In this document: piece after piece, positions 28,450-38,800 of the stretch
Layout of the letters: each line of letters starts with the position of its first letter
Numbering within the stretch: position 1 is the stretch's first letter
Virus record (IMG/VR): IMGVR_UViG_3300028172_000069
Origin: a virus
Taxonomy: Duplodnaviria > Caudoviricetes
DNA: 64,000 bases
Strand: one strand, 5' to 3'
The notes under the pieces: model-generated
The model's input: only the letters and a program-made list of their open reading frames with translations
Databases searched by the model: none
Told to the model about the DNA's origin: nothing
Position numbers and translations under genes: made by a program

Positions 28450-29115
28450 TCAGCTTGTTTTGCGGACAGGCTTGCTGTTACGCAAGCTCGTCTGAGCACT
28501 CTTGAGTGAGGTCTCCAATTTGGCTAGCGACGCTTCCAGTTCTCTGCGTGCGCGCGGTGTCTTAGCGTCGCTGATTTGGCGTTTTGTGATTGCGATTTGG
28601 TTTGCTAGTTTGCGAATGTTGCGGCGCAAGAATGGGCGACCTGCACCACCTTGCGTTGCGCGGGATGCTTTCTCGCTGCGCTGTACCGTGGCGCTATCGC
28701 CTGCACGTGGTGTCTTCTGGTTGCGCGGAAGGTGACGCTTGGAGTGATCGGCTTTTGCTTGCTGGGCTTTGGTAAGCTGCTCAGTCGCACGCTCCAGTTT
28801 GGCGTTCAAAGGAGTAGACAATTCACCCTTAAGCGCTTTGATGACTTCGCGTACGGATTTGATCTTGCCTCGCACGGTTTCGATGCGGGCTTTTGTTGCC
28901 TGCGGTGTGACAGCACGACGAGTGCCATTACCTTTCAGCTTGGCCAACGTTTCTTTCAACGTGTCCAGCTTTTTGTTCTGGCTTGCGATCTTGGTCGCAA
29001 TGGAAACGTCTTTCTTGAGTTCCTTGACGCGCTCTTGGTGCTCTTTCAGGTTCGCCGGCTTTGCAGCAGCAACGGACTCGAAGCTATCGTCCGCGCGAAT
29101 GATGATCTTGCCCAT
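28450..29115 (-). CDS. Highly basic leader-family protein 1
   Basis: Starts MGKIIIRADDSFESVAA; Lys/Arg/Ala-rich coiled coil. Confidence 0.75.
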   Translation of the reverse strand: MGKIIIRADDSFESVAAAKPANLKEHQERVKELKKDVSIATKIASQNKKLDTLKETLAKLKGNGTRRAVTPQATKARIETVRGKIKSVREVIKALKGELSTPLNAKLERATEQLTKAQQAKADHSKRHLPRNQKTPRAGDSATVQRSEKASRATQGGAGRPFLRRNIRKLANQIAITKRQISDAKTPRARRELEASLAKLETSLKSAQTSLRNSKPVRKTS

Positions 29116-29142
29116 GATGGGTTCCTTATGGACAGGTAGTGA

Positions 29143-30129
29143 TTAACGCGAATCGCGCAGACCGAGCTTCACATCGCGACCGTATTCGGCAGCTTTGCGT
29201 TTGTCGGAATCCACTTGCTTGCGGTGTACGCGCGTGGCGGCCTTCTTGCTGCGCTCGTTGGCAGCCTCGTCTTTTGCACGCTGCGCAGCCGATGGCTTCA
29301 TTTTGGTCAGTGCAATGCGAGTGGAGTTGTAGGACTTCTCCAGAGCTTTGAGCTCCTTGGCCGCCATGTTTTTCGACTCGGTAGTGCGCGCATTGGCAAC
29401 CTTGCGCTTGGCCGCTTCTACAGCCCGACCGATCTGGTTGAAGCGCGTCATCAGCTCTTTGCGCTCACGATCATAGTCGGCCGACGGTGCAGCAGGCGTT
29501 GCCTTGGTGGCTTTCTTCTTCTCGAACAGGTGACCGCTGTAGACCAGGTCAGGTGCCTTGCCAGCTTCGAGTTTGCGAACGTCACGCTTGGCGCTGCGAA
29601 TGCGATGGATCAAGTCATCTTCATCGCCTTTGCCCGCTTCGTTTGCGCGCTCCAGAGACGTGATATGCTTCTGCAAGGTGCGGATGGAAGCGTCTTTGTT
29701 CTTGAGGACGTCTTTGCGCATGACGTCACGGCCAGCGGCGTGTTCCTTGGACGCAGTACGGACAGTGGTACTGTGCTCTTTCTGCGCTTCTTTGGCATGC
29801 GCCAGCTTCTGCGCTACTTCGTCCGGATCAGTGTGGCGCTGGTTCGACAGCTTGCCTTTGAGAGCGCGCACTTGCTCTTTGGCATCAGCCACGGCTTGCT
29901 TCGCCTTGTCGCGCTTGGCGATGTTACCGGCAACCTTCGGAGCGTGCTTGAGTTTCGCCAGCGTATCGCGTGCCTTTTCTTCGGCGGTGCGTTGCTTCTT
30001 GATATCCTTGGCGATCTTCAAGTCTTTGGTAAGATTGGTGACGTGCTGCTTGTGCTCGTGGGTGGAGTTTGGTGCGCGTGCTGCAACAGCCTCGAAGGAG
30101 TCGTCCGCGCGAATGATGATCTTGCCCAT
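29143..30129 (-). CDS. Highly basic leader-family protein 2
   Basis: Starts MGKIIIRADDSFEAVAA; Lys/Ala-rich. Confidence 0.75.
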   Translation of the reverse strand: MGKIIIRADDSFEAVAARAPNSTHEHKQHVTNLTKDLKIAKDIKKQRTAEEKARDTLAKLKHAPKVAGNIAKRDKAKQAVADAKEQVRALKGKLSNQRHTDPDEVAQKLAHAKEAQKEHSTTVRTASKEHAAGRDVMRKDVLKNKDASIRTLQKHITSLERANEAGKGDEDDLIHRIRSAKRDVRKLEAGKAPDLVYSGHLFEKKKATKATPAAPSADYDRERKELMTRFNQIGRAVEAAKRKVANARTTESKNMAAKELKALEKSYNSTRIALTKMKPSAAQRAKDEAANERSKKAATRVHRKQVDSDKRKAAEYGRDVKLGLRDSR

Positions 30130-30185
30130 GCTGTGCTATTCCTTGGTCTTGTGGAAAGCGGCCCGTTGCGAGCCGCTATCTGGCC

Positions 30186-31283
30186 TTACTTCTGCTTGAT
30201 CTTGCCTTCGAGGCGAATGATCTTGGCATTCAGGCTTTGCAGTTGAATGCTCAGCTTACCGTACAGCGGACCCTGACCTTTGGCTGCGGTGACACGCTTG
30301 CGCAATTCTTTGGCCTCAGCCTTGGCTTTCTCCAACATGCGTTCCAGCTTGGCGCGCGCTTCTGGCGTGGTGCCCATGCTCTTGGTCTTCGGAGTAGGAA
30401 CAGCAACCGGCTTGACAGGCTTCACTTGCTTGACGCGACGACCGTTGACTTCGGCTGGCAGCTTCGGCTTACCTTCGGCTGTAGCACCCTTACGCAGTTC
30501 ACGCAGCGCACCGCGCAGCTTCGCCAGGTCGGCTTGCATGTGCGGCTTTTTGGTAGGAGTGGCGTTCGCCAGCTCTTTCTTGAGCGCGTAGATTTTGGTC
30601 AGGGTGTTCTTGATCGCAGTGGCGTTCTTGTCGTCTTTGTGAGTCAGCACCTTCGCTGGCTTCTTGGTAGACGCGGTCGGCTTGACTACTGGCTTTGGCG
30701 CAGGCTTGAGTGCCTGAGCTTCGTGCTTGTCGAGGGTCACCTTGACGGTGTGCTTCAACTTGCCAGAGGCGGTCTTGGCTTGCTGCGCGAACTTGGCAGC
30801 AGGATCTTTCGGAGTGCGTGGAATCTTCGCACCAGCACCACCGATGCCGGGACCACCGATGTTCACTTTCGGCTGCTTGGGCGCCAAGGCTTCTTTGGCC
30901 TTGCGTACCTTGGCACGCTCTTTGGCATCAGCTTCCTGTTGAGTCAGGCGGGCGATACGGTCTTCGTGCTTGGCGATCTGCCCTTCAAGCTTGGTGATCT
31001 GGCGTTGCATCCCGAGCACTGTGTCCTTTGTGGACAGTGCGTGCTTCTGGCGCTCGGCGCTGATCTTGCTGCGAATGGATTCTTTCTGACTTGGCGGTAC
31101 GTGCTGCAGGCGCAGCTTGAGCGCAGCAATGCGCTTCAACGGCTCGACTTTCTTTTTGCGTTCTTTGATACCAGTCTGAGTGGACTTGATGAGAGTCTTG
31201 TACGCCTTGATCTTGGACGCGTAGGTATCTTGCATCGCGATGGCCTCGAAGGAGCCGTCGGCGCGAATGGTGAGAAGTGCCAT
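30186..31283 (-). CDS. Highly basic leader-family protein 3
   Basis: Start reassigned to ATG 31283 (AAGGAG RBS): MALLTIRADGSFEAIAM; Lys/Pro/Ala-rich, histone-H1-like composition. Confidence 0.75.
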   Translation of the reverse strand: MALLTIRADGSFEAIAMQDTYASKIKAYKTLIKSTQTGIKERKKKVEPLKRIAALKLRLQHVPPSQKESIRSKISAERQKHALSTKDTVLGMQRQITKLEGQIAKHEDRIARLTQQEADAKERAKVRKAKEALAPKQPKVNIGGPGIGGAGAKIPRTPKDPAAKFAQQAKTASGKLKHTVKVTLDKHEAQALKPAPKPVVKPTASTKKPAKVLTHKDDKNATAIKNTLTKIYALKKELANATPTKKPHMQADLAKLRGALRELRKGATAEGKPKLPAEVNGRRVKQVKPVKPVAVPTPKTKSMGTTPEARAKLERMLEKAKAEAKELRKRVTAAKGQGPLYGKLSIQLQSLNAKIIRLEGKIKQK

Positions 31284-31293
31284 GAATAACTCC

Positions 31294-31713
31294 TTAGATT
31301 TTCTTAAGGCGGGAGAGGCCTTTGCGGATACCATCGACGTACTGCTGAGCGTTACGGACTTCGCGAGCTGCGTCGTCGTGTGCTGCTTCATCGGCACTGT
31401 CAGGCATTTTGGCGAGGCGGGCGCGAGCAACCTTGAGCTTCTCCAGGCCGATGGCCAGATCACGCTTCAAGTGCTGGACGGCTTTCGAGTCAGTGGTGAC
31501 CAAAGCTTTCTTGTCGTGCGTGTTGTCGTAACCGTTCAGCAGCTCCATGAGCCGCGGGTAACCACGCACACCCTTTGGACGAAGACCCTCCGAGTGGAGA
31601 ATCTCCGTCGCATGTTTGTAGTACGGGTGCTTCTGAATCGTCTTCCAGTCCGGATCGTCGTCGGACGCAACGGCCTTGAAGCTATCGTCAGCACCAATGA
31701 GAATCTTGGCCAT
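31294..31713 (-). CDS. Leader-family protein 4
   Basis: Starts MAKILIGADDSFKAVAS; ATG overlaps the ligase stop (TAATG). Confidence 0.7.
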   Translation of the reverse strand: MAKILIGADDSFKAVASDDDPDWKTIQKHPYYKHATEILHSEGLRPKGVRGYPRLMELLNGYDNTHDKKALVTTDSKAVQHLKRDLAIGLEKLKVARARLAKMPDSADEAAHDDAAREVRNAQQYVDGIRKGLSRLKKI

Positions 31714-33641
31714 TAGGGCACCTTGTACTTGGTTCTGAACTTGTCGACGGACATGACCGGGATATCGTTGTCCTTGGCGTATTCCGTCTTGTTGTTGGAT
31801 ACGTACTCGTCTTTCACAATGAGTAAATTAGCAGATTTGGCACTGGATGCCATCTTTCCACCATTCGCCACGATCCATTCAGCCAGTTCTTTATCGCGCA
31901 CAGAGGTGAACAGGACAGCCATGTTGCGCATTGCGTGGCCAGTGATACGGGTCTGCTTGGGCTGCACAACCTTGACGTCCAGCTTCTTCAGGAACAGGCG
32001 GAATTTGGGCATCACCTTCGCTGCGGTGACAGCCAATTCCTTGAAGCCCTTGACGCGCTGAATCTCCTCGATCATGCGCTTCTCACTCCAGTCCGCATAG
32101 ACGATACCTGGGAGGGCTTTGAACAGATCACTCAGGCGAGACTCACCGAACTTATCACCGAAGAGCACACTGCCTGCGCCGAGCTTGGCGAGTGTTGCAT
32201 TCTTGGCAAGACTGTTACGGATGTTGCGCTCCAGCGTCACGGCTTTGGAGTGACCGAAACGAGGAATCTCCTCGAAGTCGGCTGCCGTGGCGTTGATGAT
32301 CTTCTTGATCGTGGTGAAGCCATTGTCGATCAGAATGTCGATGGTGCCACGCTTCAATCCATCCACTTCAAGGGCCGTGAAGAAGTTGAGCAGCGACTTG
32401 GCTTTACGGTCGTCACCGCCTTCAACAGCGTAATAATGCACACCATCAGACTCGAACGCGACACTTGGCTGTGCAGGCTTCTTGGCGGCCTTGACAACTT
32501 CCACGATGTACGGAATCACGTCACCAGAGCGCACGCAACGAATGATTGCACCCTTGTTGATCGGGCGTGGCTCGTATGGAATCTTGGAGTCTTTGAGTTT
32601 CGACGTGTAGCCGTGCTCGATGTAGAACCCGTTGTGCCCAGTGAAGTGCTCGACCATGACTCCGCCAATGCGAGTTGGCTTGATCAGGATGCGTGGTGCC
32701 AAGCGACCATAGCGCGACTCGTTGAACTCGACGTCCAGCACAGGTACTTCCACAGCAGCTTCCAGATCGTTGATCTTGAAGGCGAAGGAATGTGTTGGAT
32801 ACTTACCGACAACGGTGTACGAGCGGTCTTGTGCAACCACGATGCCGTCGATTGCACGCTTGGCGCGAGTGCGACGGATGTTCAGGAGATTCGTGAGGAT
32901 GGTCTCGTTGAGTTTCGGGTAGACCTTGTGTGGTACTACGTCGAAGCCCAGAGCTTTGAGGTATGCGAACTGCTTGGAGGGTGCAACGCGAGCATTTGGA
33001 CCAGCCATGATTTCGTGCGCAATGCACTTGACCTTGGTGATCGCAGTCGTCGGTTGGTTACGGTTGAGCAGGCCACCAGCGCCGTTACGCGGGTTGTCGT
33101 ACTCGCCACCGTTCTCCTTGTTGAAATGTCGATTGAAGGTCTGCTCACTCATGGTGAACTCGACACGCACAATCAGGTCTTTCGGCTTGACGCGATGCGG
33201 CACTTTCAACGCCGGGATTACTCCAGACGAATCAGTGCCGATCTTACCGTCACCGCGCTGTACTGCCTTCACCAGCACATGGTTTTCATACACCAACTGC
33301 AGGCTGATGCCGTCTTCCTTGTCGCTGACAACGAATGGGCCTTTTTCCAAGAACGCCAAAAGCCCGGACGAGCCGGGCTTGAGTTTGCTAAGACTACCCA
33401 TGGCAACGGCCAGCTTAGTGCGGCGCGCTACATGAGTGGATTTGGAGCCGACGCGAGCATACGGCTTCTTGGCGCGTTCGTCGTGAACATCGCGCAGGGT
33501 GTCGTACACTTTGTCGCCTACGCTTGGCTTGTTCTGGTCGTGGTACTCGTAGTCGAACTTTTGGAGGAGCTTACGCAACTCGCCCAGAGTCATACCCTGG
33601 GCTGCTGCTCTTGGATTCCGTTTGATCTGCGCGAGGTTCAT
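31713..33641 (-). CDS. ligA: NAD-dependent DNA ligase
   Basis: Ia domain (YH.....SVGDKVYD), motif I KEDG, NPRNGAGG, IDGIVV, OB fold (GRLAP), HhH (GFGHSKA-type), C-terminal BRCT; no Cys4 zinc finger seen. Confidence 0.95.
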   Translation of the reverse strand: MNLAQIKRNPRAAAQGMTLGELRKLLQKFDYEYHDQNKPSVGDKVYDTLRDVHDERAKKPYARVGSKSTHVARRTKLAVAMGSLSKLKPGSSGLLAFLEKGPFVVSDKEDGISLQLVYENHVLVKAVQRGDGKIGTDSSGVIPALKVPHRVKPKDLIVRVEFTMSEQTFNRHFNKENGGEYDNPRNGAGGLLNRNQPTTAITKVKCIAHEIMAGPNARVAPSKQFAYLKALGFDVVPHKVYPKLNETILTNLLNIRRTRAKRAIDGIVVAQDRSYTVVGKYPTHSFAFKINDLEAAVEVPVLDVEFNESRYGRLAPRILIKPTRIGGVMVEHFTGHNGFYIEHGYTSKLKDSKIPYEPRPINKGAIIRCVRSGDVIPYIVEVVKAAKKPAQPSVAFESDGVHYYAVEGGDDRKAKSLLNFFTALEVDGLKRGTIDILIDNGFTTIKKIINATAADFEEIPRFGHSKAVTLERNIRNSLAKNATLAKLGAGSVLFGDKFGESRLSDLFKALPGIVYADWSEKRMIEEIQRVKGFKELAVTAAKVMPKFRLFLKKLDVKVVQPKQTRITGHAMRNMAVLFTSVRDKELAEWIVANGGKMASSAKSANLLIVKDEYVSNNKTEYAKDNDIPVMSVDKFRTKYKVP

Positions 33642-33650
33642 GTGGACTCA

Positions 33651-34841
33651 CTAATCGTGAATGGATGCGGTGGTGAACTTCTTGTTCTTTACAGCTCCAT
33701 TGAAGGCTCGTTTGCCTGCCGCCAACTCCGATTTGGTGGCTTCGCCTTTCACCGATACAGATTTGTAGTTCGCCATATCGACGCCGTCTGCGAGGCGCAA
33801 CTTGCGCACATCCTTCTTCGCTACCGAGTACAGCGCAAACTCGGTGTAGCCTTCGTGCTTTGTGGCATCGACTACAACGAACTCGTTGCTCGGGCGCTTG
33901 GCAGACTGCACGATGGCACCAACTTTCAGCACTTGGCTAGGCTGGTGACCCTTCGGCACTTCAGGCTCGTCCAGAGGAATCTCGTGGATGTCCTCATCGT
34001 CCTCGATTTCATCGTCGTCAATGTCGTGATTGCTGACAAGGTCATCGTGGATATCGCGCTTGATGCGACTTGGCGACTTCGGTGAGATAGCTTCACGTGG
34101 AGCAACCGCAGTTTCCTTGGGCTTGCGAATGCGCGTCTGCTTGGGCTGACCAGCTTTCAGATCGGCGAGAATCACCAAACCCTTCTGCTGTTTGCTCGTT
34201 GGCAGAATGCGTGCACCAGATACAAGCTCCATGTAGGTCTCGTGACTGATGTTGACACGCTGCTCGTTCGGCAGGATAACGAACCCGCCACGGGCTTTGG
34301 TCATGTAACGCAGACCGATGATATCGCCTTCTTGGGTCGTGTACTTGCTACGGCCCTGTTTCAGCGACTTGACTTTGGCACCAGCATGGATGACTTTGCG
34401 CCACTGATAGTTGGCACGGTCATACATGGTGTTTTCCCTGATCGTGCCCGTAGGTTTGAACAGGTCGTCAGTCTGCTTGTCGGAGCTGACCTTGTCACTG
34501 ATGGTCACCTTCTTCACGCGCTTCTGCCCATCGAGAAGCTGGTTGTGCTCAGGCGTTTTGCCTTTGTACTTCACCAGCTTCTTGATGATCTTGTTGATCT
34601 GGGCTTCAGGCACGTTACGGAAGAGGACGTGCAGTGCGTGACCCAGGACAACTTGGTAGTTACCTGCGCCTGAGCCACGAGTCGCTTGCTTCATGCCGAC
34701 CAGCTCGCCCGGACGCACCACGAGAGGGTGCTTCTGGTTGAATTCCTTGTCGGCGCCGAGCTTGACTGATCGGTCACCCTCGAAGGTGTACCAAGTCAGC
34801 GTCGCCAGGTCTTTTACCTTAGCTTCGGCTGTCCACTGCAT
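33651..34841 (-). CDS. Hypothetical multi-domain protein (SH3-like beta modules, acidic linker)
   Basis: 396-aa ORF, tightly packed between neighbours. Confidence 0.55.
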   Translation of the reverse strand: MQWTAEAKVKDLATLTWYTFEGDRSVKLGADKEFNQKHPLVVRPGELVGMKQATRGSGAGNYQVVLGHALHVLFRNVPEAQINKIIKKLVKYKGKTPEHNQLLDGQKRVKKVTISDKVSSDKQTDDLFKPTGTIRENTMYDRANYQWRKVIHAGAKVKSLKQGRSKYTTQEGDIIGLRYMTKARGGFVILPNEQRVNISHETYMELVSGARILPTSKQQKGLVILADLKAGQPKQTRIRKPKETAVAPREAISPKSPSRIKRDIHDDLVSNHDIDDDEIEDDEDIHEIPLDEPEVPKGHQPSQVLKVGAIVQSAKRPSNEFVVVDATKHEGYTEFALYSVAKKDVRKLRLADGVDMANYKSVSVKGEATKSELAAGKRAFNGAVKNKKFTTASIHD

Positions 34842-34845
34842 TACA

Positions 34846-35778
34846 TTACTCCATCGGAAGTACAGTCATCTGGAGCGCAACTGCGGCGTGTGCTTGGCCC
34901 GCGTTGGTGATCCGGACATACACCTTGTTGTCACCACCGCTGTTTGCCGACCAGAAGCCGTAGCGACGCGAGACAACTTCACCACCATCTTCAAAGGTGG
35001 TGATGCCGTCGTCTTCCAGCTTGAGGTTACTGGAGGTGAAGGTGTACGGGTTGGTGTCGCTGTACGCTGGGCTGCTGTGCAACTCGACAGTAATGTCGGG
35101 CTGATCCACAGAGAGCTTGAGGATCATCAGCGTTGGGCTAGGCACCTGAATGGTGTTTTGCACGCTGGCGCCTTGACCGACGTTCAGGTAGGTAGAGTTG
35201 AGTACGGAGCGCGCACGCTTACCGCCTGCAGCTTCGCCCCACTTGGCATTACCGTCTTCGCCAACAACAAGCGCAGAGCCTTCGTCAACACCTTCGGTAG
35301 ATGGCAAGCCACTGACCTTGGCCCATACAGCAGCGCCTTCGGCATTGCGAACAATCGCATCACCCGTGGTACCGCCAGCTGGTAGGCCGTCGATCCACTC
35401 ACTGCCGTTTTCACCAACAGCGAGCACCTTACCTTTTTCAACGCCTTCCATCTCTGGCACAAGGCGCAGTTCGTCGATGGAGACCTCGAATTCTTCGCTG
35501 ATGGCCAGCGGAGCTTTGAAGTCGAAGCCAACATACTTGCGGGCGTCAAACTTCTTCCAGGCATCAGCACCCGCTAGGGTTGTACCTGGGATTTCGTACA
35601 GGGTGTTGTCCTCGCGAACGTAGACAAGCATACCCTGCTTTCGTGCTGCTGTTTTGATGGCATCGCGCTCGGCTACGGTTGCGACTGAGCGATAGCCACC
35701 CTTCTGATACACGTCTTCGAGAATATACGGGATACCCGCACTCGAAGGGATGAAAAAGCCGGAGGCATAAAGTGGCAT
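34846..35778 (-). CDS. Tail-associated structural protein
   Basis: N-terminal GGYRSVATVAERDAI...RKQGMLVYV motif common in phage tail proteins; three short LP...G..L.V...G..W repeats; GGAG RBS before ATG 35778. Confidence 0.6.
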   Translation of the reverse strand: MPLYASGFFIPSSAGIPYILEDVYQKGGYRSVATVAERDAIKTAARKQGMLVYVREDNTLYEIPGTTLAGADAWKKFDARKYVGFDFKAPLAISEEFEVSIDELRLVPEMEGVEKGKVLAVGENGSEWIDGLPAGGTTGDAIVRNAEGAAVWAKVSGLPSTEGVDEGSALVVGEDGNAKWGEAAGGKRARSVLNSTYLNVGQGASVQNTIQVPSPTLMILKLSVDQPDITVELHSSPAYSDTNPYTFTSSNLKLEDDGITTFEDGGEVVSRRYGFWSANSGGDNKVYVRITNAGQAHAAVALQMTVLPME

Positions 35779-35794
35779 AGCGAACTCCAAGTAA

Positions 35795-35814
35795 GAGGGA
35801 CCCGAAGGCCCCTC
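35795..35814 (-). terminator. Hairpin with UUCG tetraloop, probable weak terminator
   Basis: Minus strand GAGGGGCC-TTCG-GGTCCCTC followed by TTACTT, after the Ig-repeat gene. Confidence 0.55.
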
Positions 35815-35831
35815 CTGTGATGGTTAACCTA

Positions 35832-38800
35832 TCAAGCGTAAGTAACCTTGAAGGTGACCGCACCCAGGCTATCCCAGTCCGTACGGTACACCAGCCACTG
35901 CTGAGGACCGTTGCCATCGTGGCAATCGTAGGTGACTTCGATTGGGTCGTAGTTGTCGCCAACTTCGCCCTCTGGCGTCCACTGAATACCGCCAAAGCCG
36001 CCCGGTACGTTGATCGCTTGATCGGTGAAGGTCGCACGGCCCAGCGACTTCAAGTGCATGAAGTAGCCATACTGTGCATCGCCGATGTTGATGTTGAACG
36101 TCTCGCCCGAAGTACCCAGCGGCAGGACGTTGGTCATCACCTTGTCACCGAAGTCCTGAATGCCAGACCAGCGAGTGTACGGGATGTTGTACGTCTCGTT
36201 CGTGCCAGTCTTGCCGCCAGTGAAGTCAGTGTCGGAGAACATCGCTACGCCGAAGCGTGGACGATTGTTGCCCGAGACAACGGCTGCTTTCACTGTCAGG
36301 TTCGCAGTTGCCTGCTTGCTCACGCCAGCTGCGGTGTAGTTGAAGGTCAGCACAGTCGCAGTATCCGAAGACACGTTGGCCGCGTTGAAATCACCTTTGG
36401 TCGACTGCGAGAACGAACCGGCCGAAGCAACGCTGGTGCTGTATGTGGCAGTGCTGGTCACATCCTGAGTCGTGGAATCAGTGAAGTTCGCAGTTACCAC
36501 ATACTTGCCAGTGGCGCCCGATGCCAACTGAGTCGGACCCGATACAGTGATCGAAGCCAGCTCAACTGCTTTCTTACCAGTGACCGTCTTATCGGCGGCT
36601 ACGGTGATACCAGCTGCGGTGTAAGTCGCGTGCAGCGGGATTGCAGTGTCAGCACTCAGGTGCTTGACAGCCAGCGTACCATCAGTCGCCAGAGTTGCCA
36701 CAGTGGAGCTGGCAGTTGTCGACCAGGTGGCCAGTACGTCAGAGACGCTGCCGTCAGTCATGGTTACCTTGGCCGAGTAGGTACCGCTGCTATCGCTGTT
36801 CACGGTAGCTGGACCGTTGATAGCGAGCGACGACGGTACTGGTACAACGACGAGCGACACAGACTTCGTGCCGTTGACGGTGCGACCGAACTCGGTATAG
36901 GCGACCTTCACCGTGATGTTGCGGGTAGTGCCACCAGGCTTCTGGTTCGGAGTGAACACGCCAGATGCGTTGATGCTGCCGATTGGATCGCTAGGCGTGG
37001 TGCCTTCAACAGCCCAGGTACCAACTACATCAGCGCTGGTACCGTCAAGGTACGTTACCTTGGCGAGATACTGCGCGCTACCTGCACCGTTCGCAGCGGA
37101 CGAATTCACAGAGTTCGGGCCGGTGATCGCGATGGACGCTGGATAGTTCGTCACGTCATGCACAGCGATGGTCTTCGTCGCGGTAACCGTCACGCCGTCC
37201 AGCGTATACTTGCCAGTCAGGATGGTGTTGATGTTGGTACCCGACTTGTTCTCTTTGGCAGTGAACAGGCCGTTCGCGTCTATGGTACCAGCAGTGCTGG
37301 TGTTGCTCGACAGCCACTCGGTAGCTGGCATCACGACAGTGGTCTGGTCTTCGAAGGTGACGCGCAGTTCGTACTGCTCGGTCTTCAAGGAGTCCACCAC
37401 GGCACCACCGGTGATGCTTGCGCTCACTGGATAAACGGTCTTGTCGCGGACAGTCACGTTCTTCTCAGCGCTCACGGTGATACCAGACGCGGTGTACGAC
37501 GCGCTTACCTTGGTGCTATCATCAGCCTTCAGGTTTGCGTTGGTCGCCAGTGCACCAGTCGTTGGGTTGATGACACCAACAGAGGTCTTCGAGGAAGCCC
37601 AGTCGATTACACCTACCAGCGAGCTGGTACCGTCGGTGAACGTCACGCGCAGCACGTAGTTGCCAGTGTCACCTTCGTCGAGGAAGTCAGGACCTTCTAC
37701 GACAGCCGAAACTGGGTAGTTGGTCGAGTCAGTCACGGTAACGTCCAGCTCGGCACCTACAGTCTTGCCAGCCGCCGTATACGACGCAGTGATCTTGGTC
37801 ACCTTGTTGCCAGTGGTGTCCAGACCGTTCAGCACACCAGTGTTGGCACCGATGGTCGCAGTCGAGATAACCGACGACTTCCAGTTGGTGACTGGCACGA
37901 TGGCCTTGGTCGCATCGGTGAAGGTCACTTCCAGCTGATACGTCTGGCTGGTGTTCTCAGGCAGAGAGTTCGGACCCAGGATACGCGCACTGCTTGGGTA
38001 AACAGTGGTGTCCATGATGGTGATAGTCTTCGCCGAAGCGGTGACAGTCTTGCCATCGAGGGTGTACGACGCGGTCAGCGACGCTGGGGTGTTGACGTCC
38101 ACGTTTGCAGGCGCAGTTACGCGACCCGAAGTGTTGACGCTGGCACCGTTGCCGCCAGTGATCGCCCAGTTACCCGAACGGTTCGAAGTGGTACCATCAG
38201 CAAAGGTAACTGCCAGAGTGTAGTCAGCAGTCGAGCCTTCGTTGATAGTCGCCTGGCCGTTGATGACGGCGCTCACCGGGTAGTTGGTGATATCGCGGAC
38301 GGTAAGCAGCATGTCCGCAGTCACGGTGCGGCCGTACTTGCTCCACGACGCGGCCACAGTAGTGGTACCGTTCGCTTGCAGGTTGACAGCAGCAGTCACC
38401 AGGCCGTTTGCAGCACCGATCGTTGCAGCACCGCTGTTGGTCGAGGTCCAGTTGGTCACTGGCTCGTTCACCTTGGTGCCATCGAGGTAAGTAACCTCGA
38501 ACGTCAGGGTCTGCGTGGTGTTCTCGTTCATCTGGGCGTTGCCCACGACGCGAGCGCTCACCGGGTAGTTGGTGATATCCTTGATCGTGACTTCCAGCTC
38601 GGCGGTTACAGTCTGGCCGAAGGCGGAGTACGATGCAGAGACCTTACCCTTGGTGTCTTGCTGCACGTCGGTAGCTGCGACCAGCTGACCGGTGTTCTTG
38701 TTGATCGTACCCATCGCAGGGTTGGACAGAGCCCAGTTGCTGACGGTGACAACGTTGGTGGTGCCGTTGCTGAACGAAACACGGAACTGGTACTGCGTCA

